Notes: generated by a model from the sequence alone, not told the origin. 64,000 bases of DNA from Sphaerodactylus townsendi (GCF_021028975.2 NC_059429.1:53382001-53446000), one strand, 5' to 3'. Counted from the stretch's first letter, positions 25,291-38,700 are shown. Translations and numbers: made by a program.

Positions 25291-26150
25291 CTATCCTATC
25301 TTCTGCTGGTGCTAGTCAGAGCCAAATGTTTGAATGTACAATCATCAAATTCAAAATCCTGAAACAAAATGAAGAAAGTATGCTTTCTACATGCTGACCA
25401 AATATCACCTAGTCACAGAGTGAACATCAGAAATTTCAATAGAAGAGAATTATTCAGTTTAGCTTTGAAAAGAGGAGTTGTCTGCATAGGTATGTATTAT
25501 TTCCCAATATGTTTTAGAAGAGCTGACGGTTATACGTAAAGCACAAAGATGCTGTTCAGCTTTCTTTTGGCTTGCCTGCATCGAACAAAGTTTAAGACAC
25601 AATAGAAGATTAAAACACACACACACATATCTCAGCAAAACAGTAATGTGAGGAAGAAAACTTTATTATTGAAAGGAAAGCACTTGAGAAGGATCAGTTC
25701 TAACTCTCTACACAACAAGATGATCTAGTTCCCAATTCCTGCTGTGTGTCTCTATAAGCCTTAACAACTGATTTACCACCTGGGGTGTTTGAGCTCTGTA
25801 CGGTCTTCACCAGATACAAGACAGTAATTTTGAAAAGCATTGCACAGATCAGAGGCAGACAATATGGCTAACTGATATTTCTCACATTCCTCAGAGCCAT
25901 CTGAACATGCTAAAATTCTGTTAATCCATAAAGAACTGCATATAAAAAAAGTTTCCTAAAAGTGCCCTATCCCAGCTTGTATGAACTAGTCAGGGAATAA
26001 AAAAGTATTTTCACGCACACAAAGCAGGTGACCTAACAAATCATGAAATGGATTCAAATTGTGCTAGATTCACTGATATGCAGAGTACAGGAGTCACTAA
26101 GCTAAGCTGTGGAGATATAAATTGAAAGAATAATGGGCTTTGCCCTGGAC

Positions 26151-27073
26151 CAGGGGTCGGCAACCTTTAACACCCAAAGAGCCATTTGGACCCATTTCCC
26201 ATGGAAAAGAAAACACTTGGAGCCGCAAATACTTTTTGACACTGAGCATGGCCCCCACCTTGGTCCCAAAAGCCACAGCTTCTGAGAATCTACCCCCAAA
26301 TGTCCTGGGATTTGCCCGCCGAGAGTTGGCAACCTACGACAACCATGGCTGAGGATGATCCCAGCCTTCCTCCCTTCCACAATCCACAAGCTTACCCTGA
26401 ACTGGCTTACTCTGAAGTAAACCTTCCAAGATCCATGTGCAAGGCTTTCCCCATGCGCTCCTGCCCTCCTTGGCAATGCAGAAGCCAACAATTCCCACCC
26501 CTGCCTCCCCATCAAACAGCCCTGATGATTGCAACCTTGCAGGGCTGCAGGTAATAACTCCTTTAAAACCTGACATCATCTTTCTCACCTGGACTCAGCC
26601 AGGCTGCCATCCGCCAGGAAAACCCCTGGAGCTCAGTGGGGCTGCTGGGAGGTCTGCAACCCAAGGTGGCGCTGCTGGGGTCCCCATTTGGTCCCCCCCC
26701 CAAGAAGGACCCGGGGAGGGAGAAATGAGGCCACTCAAAGCAGGGGGGCAGACTGAGGTTAGGATTGTGCTGAAAATCTGAGCTCCTGCAACTCCCTACC
26801 ATTTCCCACCCTTCGCCGCTCACCTGTTCAAGAGGATCCACCAGCAGTGCTCCATCCCCACCCGCACCATCATCACCAGCATCAGCTGGAAGTGGCTTGG
26901 GATAGCTTGGGATAGCAGACTCGGGCTCTGCCTCTCTAGGAACAGGGACTCTTTCCCATTAACCCTTAGGGCGACTCTCCAAAGGAGGCTTAGAGGACCC
27001 AAGCCATGTGGAGCCACAGTACAGGGACGAAAGAGCTGCATGCGGCTCTGGAGCTGCAGGCTGTAGACCCCTG
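26151..27073. mobile_element. hAT non-autonomous element (923 bp)
   Basis: TIRs caggggtcggcaacct / ggctgtagacccctg; perfect 8-bp TSD ccctggac (26143-26150, 27074-27081). Confidence 0.9.
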
Positions 27074-27089
27074 CCCTGGACTATGACTA

Positions 27090-27783
27090 TAAAATATAAG
27101 CTATGACAGAGCTAAGGATCTTGTTAAACATAGGATAATAGATGTCGAGAGGCAACATGACCTTAACAAACTTAAAAATCCTAACTTCAGTAAAACAATG
27201 CTGAACAGATTTTCTATAATGCCCTATCTTACGTCTTTGTCTAATGTTAATTATCGCAGAGCCTACAGCCTACTACGCTATAATGCCCTTTCGCCTTATC
27301 ATAATAATGGGATCTATAACAAAACACCTAAAGAGGGTAGAATCTGCAGCTGTCAAATAGGAGGTGTTGAAAATTCAGAACATATATTATTTGAATGCTC
27401 ATTTTATGATGAGATTTGTTGGATGTTTCTCCCTTGTGACCAGGCAAACTCCCTTTCGGGTAAGAAAGAAAGGATTAAAATACTGTTATCTGATACGAAT
27501 AACAATCTAACATATTCTTTTGCCAAGTTTGCCTGGATATCTGGCAAAATCAGGAAGGCCCGACAGAGTGCCACTGGCACTGCCAGCTAACTTCTATTCA
27601 CCAATCATTATTAGCCAGACACACTACTTATTAGTCAGAACTTATGTCTTGAGTCTTCCGATGCCTATCATATGCATTTTCTATCTGTTTTAACCTATAT
27701 TTTTTTGTAATTTCTGCAATTTTATGATTTTAGTTTTTTGTACTTTGCTGGTCAATGACTGTAAATAAACCTGATACTGATAC
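27090..27783 (+). mobile_element. RTE-X-like LINE 3' fragment (CCHC zinc-knuckle C-terminus)
   Basis: ORF 27198-27590 RRAYSLLRYNAL..GIYNKTPKEGRICSC..VENSEHILFECSFYDEI; 3' end ggtcaatgactgtaaataaa plus short repeat ctgatactgatac. Clade assignment is from recall. Confidence 0.7.
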
Positions 27784-28292
27784 AAGGGGAAAAAACTAGG
27801 ATATTCTGAGAACACTTAGAAATAATAATGTATTTTTAACGGGGAAAAATACTTTTAACACACTTTATTAAAAATATAGCTACATATAGCACTGGCAACA
27901 TAGAGGGAGGAAGGGGAAGGTATGAATGGCAGTGCGAGGGAGTGGGAGGACTGACCATGGGAAAATACCCAGGGCAAAAATGTGAACACTGGCAAATCTG
28001 CCCTGCTCTGACAATAAAGCCAATTAAAACTGTGGTAAGAGTGGTCTTACCTGCTGCAGAGAGAATGGAAAGCGGGGCTTGAGGAAATACAGACATTCAT
28101 ACAGACATTCGTCCCCACCATGCAGCTGACACCTTGGGTATAATTGGCCTTTGAAAACTAGAAATCTGGAAAGGAGGTCCAAAACTTAGTATAGCATTAT
28201 TTGGAATGTTTAGGCTGCTCCAACTCTTCCTAAAGCATCTGATGAATTTAAACTGAGAAACATTTAGTTTGAAATGTTTGTCTATAATAAAG

Positions 28293-28465
28293 TAGTACCC
28301 AATCTCATCAGATTGAAGAAGCTAATTAGGGTCAGCTTTGATTAGGCTCATCAAGGAAATCCAGGGTTGCTACACAGAGGCAGGAAATGGCAAACTACTT
28401 CTGAGTATCTCTTGCCGTGAAAACCTACAGGGTCACCATAAGTCAGCTGCGACTTGATAGTACTG
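28293..28465 (+). mobile_element. 5S rRNA-derived SINE (5S-Sauria-like), decayed
   Basis: Head cccaatctcatcaga..gaagctaa..agggtc resembles 5S rRNA; tail ggcaaac.acttct..gggtcaccataagtcagctgcgacttga is Sauria/BovB-like. Confidence 0.65.
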
Positions 28466-28802
28466 GTTACCACTTTAAATAAAGTAGATATGGAAGAGAA
28501 AACTTGTCTCACAGTTACAATTTTTTAGCTAAGATGTAATCTTCAACTTGCATAAATAGCTGCTTGCAAAAGAAGTATAGAAGCATCATTCTCTTTGCTT
28601 GCCACCTTGTCTGTCTTCATAGAATGGCTCCATGAACAGTTCTCCTAGACAGGTGTGTATTAGGCATCCAACTAGTGCAATTGCAGGAAGAATTCCAACT
28701 ACACTATACACAAGTGGTCTAGAGTTCTGCATGAATTCTACATCTTATGCTTGAGAGCTCATGTTTTTACATATGCTATATTTAGAGAATGCAGAGCACA
28801 TA

Positions 28803-29822
28803 TTTGCAGACGATACCAAATTATGTAGGGTGGTGAGAACCACAAAGGATTGCGAAGAGCTCCAAGCGGACCTTGATAAATTAGGTGAGTGGGCTCAGAA
28901 ATGGCAAATGCCGTTCAGTGTAGCAAAATGTAAAGTGATGCACATAGGAGCAAAAAATCCAAACTTCACATACACGCTACAGGGGTCAGTGCTATCAGTC
29001 ACAGATGAGGAAAGGGATTTAGGTGTCTTAGTTGATAGTTCCATGGGAATGTCAACTCAATGCATGGCAGCTGTAAAAAAGGCAAACTCTATGCTGGGGA
29101 TCATTAGGAAAGGAATTGAGAATAAAACTGCAAAGATTGTCATGCCCTTATATAAAGCAGTGGTGCGACCGCACTTGGAGTACTGTGTCCAGTTCTGGTC
29201 GCCGCATCTCAAAAAGGATATTGAGGAGATAGAAAAAGTGCAGAAAAGGGCAACAAGGATGATTGAGGGACTGGAGCACCTTCCCTATGAGGAGAGGCTG
29301 CAGCGTTTGGGACTGTTTAGTTTGGAGAGGAGGCGGCTGAGGGGGGATATGATTGAAGTCTATAAAATTATGCATGGAGTGGAAAATGTTGACAGAGAGA
29401 AATTTTTCTCTCTTTATCACAATACTAGAACCAGGGGGCATCCATTGAAAATGCTGGGGGGAAGAATTAGAACTAATAAAAGGAAACACTTCTTCACGCA
29501 ACGTGTGATTGGTGTTTGGAATATGCTGCCACAGGAGGTGGTGATGGCCACTAACCTGGATAGCTTTAAAAGGGGCTTGGACAGATTTATGGAGGAGAAG
29601 TCGATTTATGGCTACCAATCTTGATCCTCCTTGATCTGAGATTGCAAATGCCTCAACAGACCAGGTAATTGGGAGCAACAGCCGCAGAAGGCCATTGCGT
29701 TCACATCCTACATGTGAGCTCCCCAAGGCACCTGGTGGGCCACTGCGAGTAGCAGAGAGCTGGACTAGATGGACTTTGGTCTGATCCAGCTGGCTTGTTC
29801 TTATGTTCTTATGTTCTTATGT
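28803..29822 (+). mobile_element. 5'-truncated young CR1 LINE (open ORF2 C-terminus)
   Basis: ORF from FADDTKL to ..FMEEKSIYGYQS* (29624) without stops, including VRPHLEYCVQFWSPH; 3' UTR and (TTCTTATG)n tail. Confidence 0.96.
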
Positions 29823-30671
29823 TTTTATTGACTTCACTACTATCCTGTGATGAGTTTGGAGGTTATTTGCCAGACAGAAATCAAGTCAAAAACTGCACAA
29901 AATATGTACTGATGATCATTATCATGTTCACTGCTTATTATACATTCAGCTAGGTACGTGCATTTGGATATGACAAATGGGGGGAAAGCCATTTTTGGAG
30001 CTGAAAAAAAACGTTCAAAAAAGCCAATTTTTAAACTTTTTCTGTTGCAATCAAAGGGCTCCTTAAAGCTCTTAAAAAGCTGCTGAACCCACTGCCACCC
30101 AATTTGTGCTGGGCAGTAGGTTTGCACTGAACCATCAGCACTTTAAAATGTAAAGAGCATGGCTCCATTGAAGCCTATGGGAATCAATGTGGGCTCTAGA
30201 TAGGCACTTCATTTGAAGCATAGCTGCTGGTGACTCTTTATACAAATCCCTGAGTTTGTTAAATACTGGGTCAGAGTATCCAATTTTATTTGCTCCTCAA
30301 GGGTACCCTTTACAATACACACCTGCCCAATATACTAATCAAGTCCCTAATAAACGAGTTTATCTCCTGCCCTATTAGCAACTCACTTCCCACAAGAAGT
30401 ACCCAGAAAATTGTGTTCCTACCAGTAGCAGAAAACAGCATGAATTCTAGGCATATAAGGGCTCCATTTAACTTGGCTTTACTCTGGGTGGTTTTTCCAC
30501 TGCCATGACTTTTTGCAACATTAGGGACAGGCAACATATGACTTTCCCCCTTCCTTTCAATCTCTCCCCTTTGTCTCATTCTCTGTCTTCTATCTCTCTT
30601 GCCTTACTCACTTTCAGCCTGGTTCCCCACATTACTGACTCTTGCTCATTTTCTTCCTTTCCTCCACTAGG

Positions 30672-33310
30672 AACAACAACAACAATAACAACCTTTATTA
30701 GACATTTAAAATAGGCTCTAGAGTGTTACCAGACATTTACGAAGTACAAATCAAGAGTACATTCAAAATGCAGACAGAAAGACTGTATATAGCAGTAAGT
30801 TCTGTCACTTGCAAATGAAATTTTGCTACTTTTCCCAAAAGCATGACATCTGTATTGTTTAACAGAAGCTCCCCAACAGAACTGCCAGAGTCTCTTTCAG
30901 ATTTGTCTAGGGCCGGCTTGGGGGAGAAATTCCTAATGCCCACATATCCCGGACAGTCAAGAATAATGTGAGCAAGAGCAGTGGCGTAACTAGGCAAACT
31001 GGAGCCCTGGGCAAAACCTGAGTTTGATGTCCCACAGGCGTGGGCCCGGTGCAACGCGCACCCCCCCCGCCCCCTTGTAGCCATGCCCAGTGGCGTATCT
31101 AGGCAAACTGGAGTTTGGTGCCCCCCCATGGGCAGCCACCCACCCCCCCACTGTGACCAAGAAATGATTTTTTACACCAGGTCATTTCAAAAGTCACCAT
31201 CACATTATAGAACATGCCCCAACTCACAAGTCTGAACACAGCAATAGGCCATGCCGCACAGCAGAAATAATTTTTTGAAAACATTTTCAAAATGCTTTCA
31301 AAATGTTTTATTACTGCTATGAAAACATTTTATGGTGTTGTATCCAGTCCTCCCAATTGGGGGAAACAGCATCACTTTCAATGTTATTTAAACTGAGAAC
31401 CCCAGATTCTCCCTTTAAGGTGGATTTAAAAAGAGAATCTGAGCTCCCTAGTTTAAACAAGTGATGCTGGAATCCACCCCCAAACAGCATCATTTTCAAT
31501 GGTGTTTAAACTAGGGAGCCCAGATTCTCCTTTTAAATCCACCTTAAAGGGGGAATCTGGGGTTCCCAGTTTAAACAACATTGAAAGTGATGCTATTTTG
31601 GGGTGGATTGTCCCCCACCCTGAAACAGCATCACTTTCAATGTTTAAACTGGGGGCCTCAGATTCTCCCTTTAAATCCATGCCAAAGGGGGGGGGGGGAT
31701 TTAAAAGGAAAATCTGAAGAAATTTGGGGGTGCCTGGTATCAGGAATGCAATTATTAAGCTAGCAACACCAAATTGTTAAGCTAGCAACACCAAACTTTC
31801 AGAGACTCTCCTAATGATACCACCCACTTCTGTTAGCTCCCACTGGAAACAATGGGTGATGAAGCACCCTCCTTGGGAGTCCATAGCTTTGGACCCCCTG
31901 GACCAAACTTCACAAAATCTGGGTGGTATCAGTAAGAGACTCTCCTGATGATACCTCCCAGGTTTGGTGAAGTTTGGTTTCGAGGGGGCAAAGTTATCGA
32001 CCCTCAAAAGTGTAGCCCCATTTCCTATTAGCTCCCATTGGAAACAATGGGGGATGGGGCACCCTTTTTGGGAGCCCATAACTTTGGACTCCCTAAACCA
32101 AACCTCACCAAACCTGGGTGATAGCATCAGGAGAGTTTCCAAAAACATCCCTGAAATTTTGGTGCTGCTAGCCTAAACACTGCGCGCTCTGTAGGCCAAA
32201 AACGGAAAAACCCTGAAAATACAAAAAATCCCACAAACCAACCTGCAGTTTTTGTGCCCCCAACGAGGGAGCGCCCTGGGCAACTGCCCACTTCGCCCAA
32301 TGGGAGGAACGCCTCTGAGCAAGCGTCTCCACTTGGTCTTTACAGTGTGGACAAACCCAATCCTGGAGATGGATGGATAAGTAACGACCCTTTGTAATGG
32401 CCGATGGGAAAGTATTGGATCTGGCCCTTGTGATAGTCCATCTCTGTTGGGGTTCAGTTAATAATTCAAGATATTTGGCTATGTGCCCCTGTTCCGGAAT
32501 TATTCCAACAGAGTGGGGTGAGCATGATTTATTTGCTTGACCCAACAGGATATAGTATTCCTGTTCTAAAAGTTGGCTTTTTAAGGTTTGGAAAATCTCT
32601 CTGGGTGACAGCATACAGAGATCTTCAAATAATAAACCTACTGAGTAAATTTTTGATTTGAGAAGTTGATATCATTTGGAGGCAAATAGGTCTGGGCTCA
32701 CAGTATATGTTAAACTGCACACATTAGAGTTAAAGCATAATTTGATCCAATACTTGAATGTATTCAGCCATGCTCTTGTTTCAAGTAGGTTCTGGCCAGT
32801 TTCTAAGCATAGTACAGCATATGGTACAGAGTGCGGTAATCCGAGTATTTATATAGGAAGCCAGATTGTATTCTTTCAACAGAATTGTTCCATGCAGTTA
32901 TCCATAAAGGAACTCCATAAAGGAAGTTGCTGAACTACCTTGGAGTTGAAAACCTTTAGGGCTGCTGGGACATATCCCCTTCCCCTGGTGTGAAAAAAAC
33001 TTTACCACCGCTGAAGCAGTGTGTTAACTTCCTTTTATAGCAATGTCTCTGTGTCTGGCCCATGTGGCTTTATGATGAAAGGTTAGGCCTAGGTATTTAA
33101 AGGACTTGGAGTGCTCGACCTTAACCCCATTAATAAGCCATCTAGAAGGCTTAAATACACTGGAAAAAATGACAATTTTTGATTTTTCTGGGTTTAAGGA
33201 CAGGAAGTGAGATGTACAGTACTCCATAGTTTTTCTAAGGAGCCTTTTAAGGCCCACTTGAGACCTAGAGATCAGTATCACATCATCAGCATAAAGTAGG
33301 AGTGGTATGG
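30672..33310 (-). mobile_element. RTE-X-like LINE (RT YADD to 3' end), split by a hAT insertion
   Basis: LLYADDVILISRSQVGLKRLL..KSFKYLGLTFH (33024-33310); zinc knuckle WVCPHCKDQVETLA|HIILDCPGY is continuous across the 30979-32317 insertion; AATAAA and (GTT)n tail near 30672-30700. Confidence 0.8.
30979..32317 (+). mobile_element. hAT non-autonomous element (~1.34 kb) with internal inverted/tandem repeats
   Basis: Ends cagtggcg.. / ..cgcctctg; TSD agcaagag / agcaagcg; homologous in reverse to 50619-51802. Strand is arbitrary. Confidence 0.88.
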
Positions 33311-33499
33311 GTACCTTTCCTCCACTTGTTCAGAGCCCTGCTCCAAGGACCTGTCCATTCTCTTTGATGACAACATATTCCTCCGTTTTCCCCCCTCACT
33401 TCTAGGCATCATGCCACTTCTATTCCTGCCTTCATCTCCTAGATTCATTTTGCAGCGCCTCAAAATTCCCATTCTGTGCCTCCCGGCCTCTTGCTTCAT

Positions 33500-34548
33500 T
33501 GAAAAGTGGGAAGGCTCCTGGAATAGACTTGATCCACCCAGATGACCTAATTAAGTATATAGACTGATACACTCCTATTCTTTCAGGACTCTTTACTGCT
33601 ATAGATAGATCTGGCATAATTCCGAAAGATTGGGTTATAGCAATTATTGTCTCTATTTTTTAAAAAGGGAATAGAAAAGAACCAGCGAACTATAGACCTA
33701 TAAGTCTATTAAGCACGATGAATAAGCTATATGTAAGATATTTGCAATGGAAACTGAGTGACTGGTTGATTCAACAAGATCTTATCAAAGAAGAGCATGC
33801 CGGCTTTGGGAAAGGCTGTAGTTATCTTGACCATTGTGTGATTTTAAACCATCTGATGGCCAAGTATAGGTCGAATAAATACACGTCCCTATATCTGGCC
33901 TTTATTTAGCTTAAATTGGTTTTTGATTTGGTTCCCAGGAACAAGCTCTGGAATAAACTTGCAATGACTAATATAGATAAGAGACTTCTATTCTGAATAA
34001 GTGCACTATACGAAAATACCTACATTAAGATCAGATGTAATCCTCAGGGGGACCTGAGGCTATAAATACCAAAAAAGGAGTCAAACAAGGGTGCATTCCT
34101 TATTATTTAATTTCTATATTAATGATTTGGTATCACATATGTGGAGATTAGAATTCCACCCTCCCCCCCAAATTAGTGGATCGTCATATTTTAAAATTGG
34201 GATTGGTGGACGCCTCTTTTATTGCTATCGCTGTTTTAATGGTTTTAGTAACTTAATTTATATTTTTGTGTTGTACACTGCCCAGAGCCCTTCGGGGATG
34301 GGGCGGTATAAAAGTTTAAGTAATAAATAAATAAATAAATAAATAAAAATATTTCTGTATTGCTATATGCTGACGACACTATTTTACTAGCACGCACTCC
34401 CATCAGCCTAAGGTGAGCTCTAAGTGCATTTGCAAGCTATTGTCATGATAACAACCTGGAAATTTACTATGGGAAAACTAAAATCATGGCATGTGGTAGT
34501 AGTAAGGGTATGCAGAAGTGGTGGATAAACTCTATCAGTGTGGAACTG
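33500..34548 (+). mobile_element. Second RTE-X-like LINE RT fragment
   Basis: GKAPGID..PKDWVIAIIV..NYRPISLLS..EEHAGF..KGVKQGC..LFNFYINDL..LLYADDTILLARTP, with stops. Confidence 0.85.
34195..34348 (+). mobile_element. L2-type/SINE 3' tail with (TAAA)n inserted into the RT fragment
   Basis: gcccagagcccttcggggatggggcggtataaa followed by (TAAA)6, interrupting the RT reading frame just before YADD. Confidence 0.65.
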
Positions 34549-35725
34549 CATATAATTTGGACAAGGAAATAGGCCAAACAGTCAGGGGTGCGATCAAATT
34601 GAACCTTCAGGTGCCTTCGAGGCATTGGGGCCTGGACCACTATCAGTGATGCCAGAGTGGGCAGGTTCAGTGGGGCAGGCAGCACTCCTAAGCCCAGACC
34701 TCACTGTCTGGAATGGGGGAGCCTGCATTATGGCTGAAGGAGCCGTCACTCCTCTAGTTTGAGTCACAAGCTGGAACCAAGTGGGGCCAATGGGGTTGCT
34801 CTCTGCAGCCCAACTTCTATCTGATTCCGCTGGTCTAGTCTGGGCCTGCAGCGACTCCACTTCTTGACAGAGCTGATGAATCACAGCCTGGTATTCACCC
34901 TTCTCCTGGTTCCACCGGTCAGCCTACTGCTTCGAAATACCCATGGATCTCGAGGGATCTGAATCGGAGTCCACGTAATAATTGTCAGTCAGTTCCAATT
35001 TTTTTCTTTTCCCCCAAGCCATGCTTTTCCCGTGCTCAGAGCGTGGTTCCAAAGGCTCCTTCTCAGGGTAATACAATTCCTCAGAAGTTAGTCTCGAAGA
35101 GAATCCACGGATCTGGGTCACCTCCAGGCTCCGCCTAAACTCCACTAGTGGCAGATCAGACTTGGAGGTGAACCCCAGCTCAGATCCTTGATAAATCCGG
35201 TTGTCAGCCAGACCCTGAATGCTACGGATGCGAAACGTCCAAGTCCAATTGCAGCCTCCTCCACATCAGGGGGCTGGTGTATACAACTTGTTACTACCTC
35301 CATAAGAAACGAGTTTGTCCCATCCCTAGTGAAGGGAATGTTCAGTGCCCCTTGTCCATGAAACATAATCACTGATAATATGTTCTAAACTTCAGTCAGT
35401 GATCAAAGCATGAAGTTGGCAACATGCACAAAGGAGAACTCTCTTAATGTCAGATTCCCCATTCAGACAATAAATCACTTGATTGGTTCAAGGCTTTTAT
35501 TGAAGACACGTCAGGAACACAGATAGAGAGTCCTGGCAAAAACCATGTCAAACGCTTGATAACATTAGTGCAAGATCCCCACCCCCACATGGAAAGCAGA
35601 TAGTTCGCATTGTCTGGCCTGGAGTCTCTCCTCAGTTGCAGACTCCAAGGCCACAGCTAGAAGTGATAAAACTGCACCTGCAAAATCAAAAGCGATCCCC
35701 GCCCCCCAACGGCACCATCATGACA
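34549..35725 (-). mobile_element. Gypsy/Ty3 fragment: LTR (35448-35725) plus start of gag
   Basis: LTR with TGTCA..TGACA termini and minus-strand AATAAA; downstream ..HLKVQFDRTPDCLAYFLVQI resembles the gag capsid FDG..L..FL motif. Confidence 0.6.
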
Positions 35726-38700
35726 TAAGGCTACTTTCAGTTTGGTGAATCACAAATTGTGCAAGGGTCTGCAATCTATCATTCTTCAGACCTTACTTCA
35801 GACACACTTAGTAAAACAACTGGCTGCAAGTGATATAGGTCATAAAGATCTCACAGTGTTAGAAGAAAGAAAAATATTGCTACTTATCCTATGAAATGTG
35901 AAAGCTAAAAAGTCCCAAGTATAAATAACAGTTAAAATACAGAATATAGAAAATGTACATTTCCAAGAGTGACTTTAAAAATGATTCTTTCTGTTATATA
36001 TTTACATCAATCATGTCAAGTCATAAACACCAAATGTCTGATGTCATTGTTATAAACATCCAAGTGTTAAACAGGCCAGTGATTGATATCTATTATTAAT
36101 GGCAATCTATCTTTGCAGAGTGATACTTTCTGCTTCTCCCTGATATTACAGTCAACTACTGCACTGGCCCAAATTTTGTTCCTGGTAGTTAGTAACCCTC
36201 AGGAACAGCATAGGGAGCAAACTGGGTGCAGAAATTGCTCCCCCTGCCCTGGTTGCAAGAACTGTGTGATTAGGATACATGCCAGGATTAAACAAATTCT
36301 TTCTTTTTCTCAGAAAGACAAAAGCTAGAGCATCTATATTTGGGCATCACTGGGAAGTAATGACACATGTCAATCACAACAAAATAGGAGTTGTCTCCTT
36401 TAAATACTTTTATCTCAACAATTCCTTATAGCAAGCATTGTTTTGATGGAGATGTGTCTTGCATTCAGTGTAGGCCCAACAAGTACATGTCCCTAGTGAG
36501 AGTTTAGAGGAATGCTTGAGCAAATTGCTTAAGACAGGAAAATAAGCATTCAGCATGGGAGTTGTTAAATTTCCCATAAGATGAAGGGGCTGATAGTATT
36601 TTATTTCCTACTTATTTCTCAACAGTCCCTGTAGAAATTGTATTTATTTATTTGTATGTTAAGTCCAACCTGATGTGAGGATTCAGAAAATGAAAGCTAA
36701 ATGCTGAAAAATGGGACCTGAAGGGAAGAGTAAATAGTATTAGAAACATCTAAGCATGCATTAAATAGCTGGCTTATGGCTGCACATACATAAATCAGAA
36801 TCTATCAAATTTTGAATGTGTTCATCTAACTATGTACATTTTTTAAAGAATAAGAACACAGGTAATATTGTTACTTTCCCTCACCAGGCAGATTTCTTGT
36901 GTTTTTAGTAGTTGCATGACCTGTAACATTTCAAGCATGGCTGACTTTCACAGGAAGAAGACATAGTTCTGGAAAAGACTGCTTCATTTTTACACTAGTG
37001 TAATTTAAAATCATTCAGGCACTTTCCCACATGTTGTGAGAATTGCTTTTCTGTGGTGAGATGCCACACTATCGGAAAGCAAAGAGTGAGAAGACAGTCA
37101 GGTGAGTCTCGCTTTGCCTATGAAGTTGCTTGATCCACTGCAAGACTTCCAACACATTACTATATGCTTCAAATAACTTTAATCACCTATAGCTTCAATG
37201 ATGATTGACAAATTAGATGAGGTTAGTCACTATCCTGGATTTTACCAAGAGTTCTTTGTCTCCTATCTAACTCTCACAGTTGACTTCCTGCTTTTTGCTA
37301 TTGCCATCTTCTAGGTCATTCAAGACATATCTTGACCCCCAAGCCATACATGCTGATTTGGCATACCACTACACTCAAGGAAGAAAATTCCATAAGGAAA
37401 CTACAACAACTACAGTTTTAAGAATGCCTCATATTTCACAGACATTCTGATATAGTTTTCTCATACAAAGCAAAGAAAGCCCAAGAAGGTTAAAATTGTC
37501 CTATGTACAGAAAATATATTTTTTAATTTTGTTATTTTTTCCTCAAGCAGAAGCCAACTGAAAGAAAATACCTGTAGCTTTTACCTTGGTCAATAAAGAA
37601 ATGGTACATAAATCCAAAGGAGCCAGGAACATGCCTACTGAATGCATAGAATACTTTGCCCCCAAATTTGGAAACAGAGTAAAGACACTGCTACATAATG
37701 ATGCTTACTAGCAGAGATTACATTCATCTTCCATAAATCTCATATGAACTGAAAATATTCAAAAAATTATATTCCCCTCTGTATTTCTAGTTACCCCTGC
37801 ATGCATATGTGAATACCATTTCCTTTTGCTTTATTTGCCACACAACTAACCAACCTGTCATTTTCCCTTCCAACCTGTGTCTTAGCATCTTGATTACCAA
37901 CTTGTTAACCCAAAGAGAGAAGAAATTCACACCAATAATCAAGAAGAAAGGTCAGTTCTTATGAAGGAAAGCACTGACCTTTTAGTAAACCTCCAGGGTT
38001 AAAACTCAGCAGTAGTTTGAAGTATTAAAATGCTGGGATCCCATGGTGTCTCCATTGTCGGCTATTATCCTGACATCACTTACTTTCCTCTACAACAATG
38101 TGTTATTGCTGTGCTGAAGAACCATGTTTAAAAGCAAGTTAAAATGTATGAACAATCTCCCCAGAAAGCACTGTGAAAAGCTACAACAATCAGCATTCCT
38201 AATGCACTCAGCGTATGTAGATGTTGCAGTCTAGGACTCAGAAGGCTTACTCATGAAGAAAACTAGAAGTGACTAAGAAACACATTAGGAAAATACCTGG
38301 ATTATTGGAGATAACAGATACAGTGCATGACAAGATGCTCAGTCCTACTGGAACAAATACTAAACCATACAAGACTATGTATTTTCCATATGACATTATT
38401 GCATCAATTCTGGTTCCACACTGCTTCAGTTTATCCCTCAACTTCTGCATATTCTCCAGGACCATTAGTTTTTGCCTCACATTTTCCCCATTTTTTTCTG
38501 GTTCTTTTGGGATCAGTTTTACTCTGATTGTTTTCTGTCAATTAAATTAGAGTTACATTTGTTCACCTGCATGTTTCCTGCACTTTTGTTGGTCCCTTCC
38601 ATTTTCAATTGACTTTCTGCTGACTAGGTCCATAAGAAAATAAACCGAAAAAGCAATTAGAAAAATGTAGAGGGAAGGAAGATATGCAGAACCCTTACAC

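Noticed and set aside
28761-29624. 287-aa ORF as a host gene
   Set aside because: It is CR1 ORF2 C-terminus fused to a chance upstream ATG.
29148-29726. 192-aa antisense ORF (also 60600-61238 and 1812-2105)
   Set aside because: These are shadow frames of CR1, recurring only because the element recurs.
33024-34548. Twin-priming inversion of one LINE
   Set aside because: Both arms contain the YADD region and differ substantially in sequence, so they are two different elements.
38247-38550. ORF with a hydrophobic stretch as a possible nested exon
   Set aside because: No recognisable homology in any frame and no convincing splice pair.
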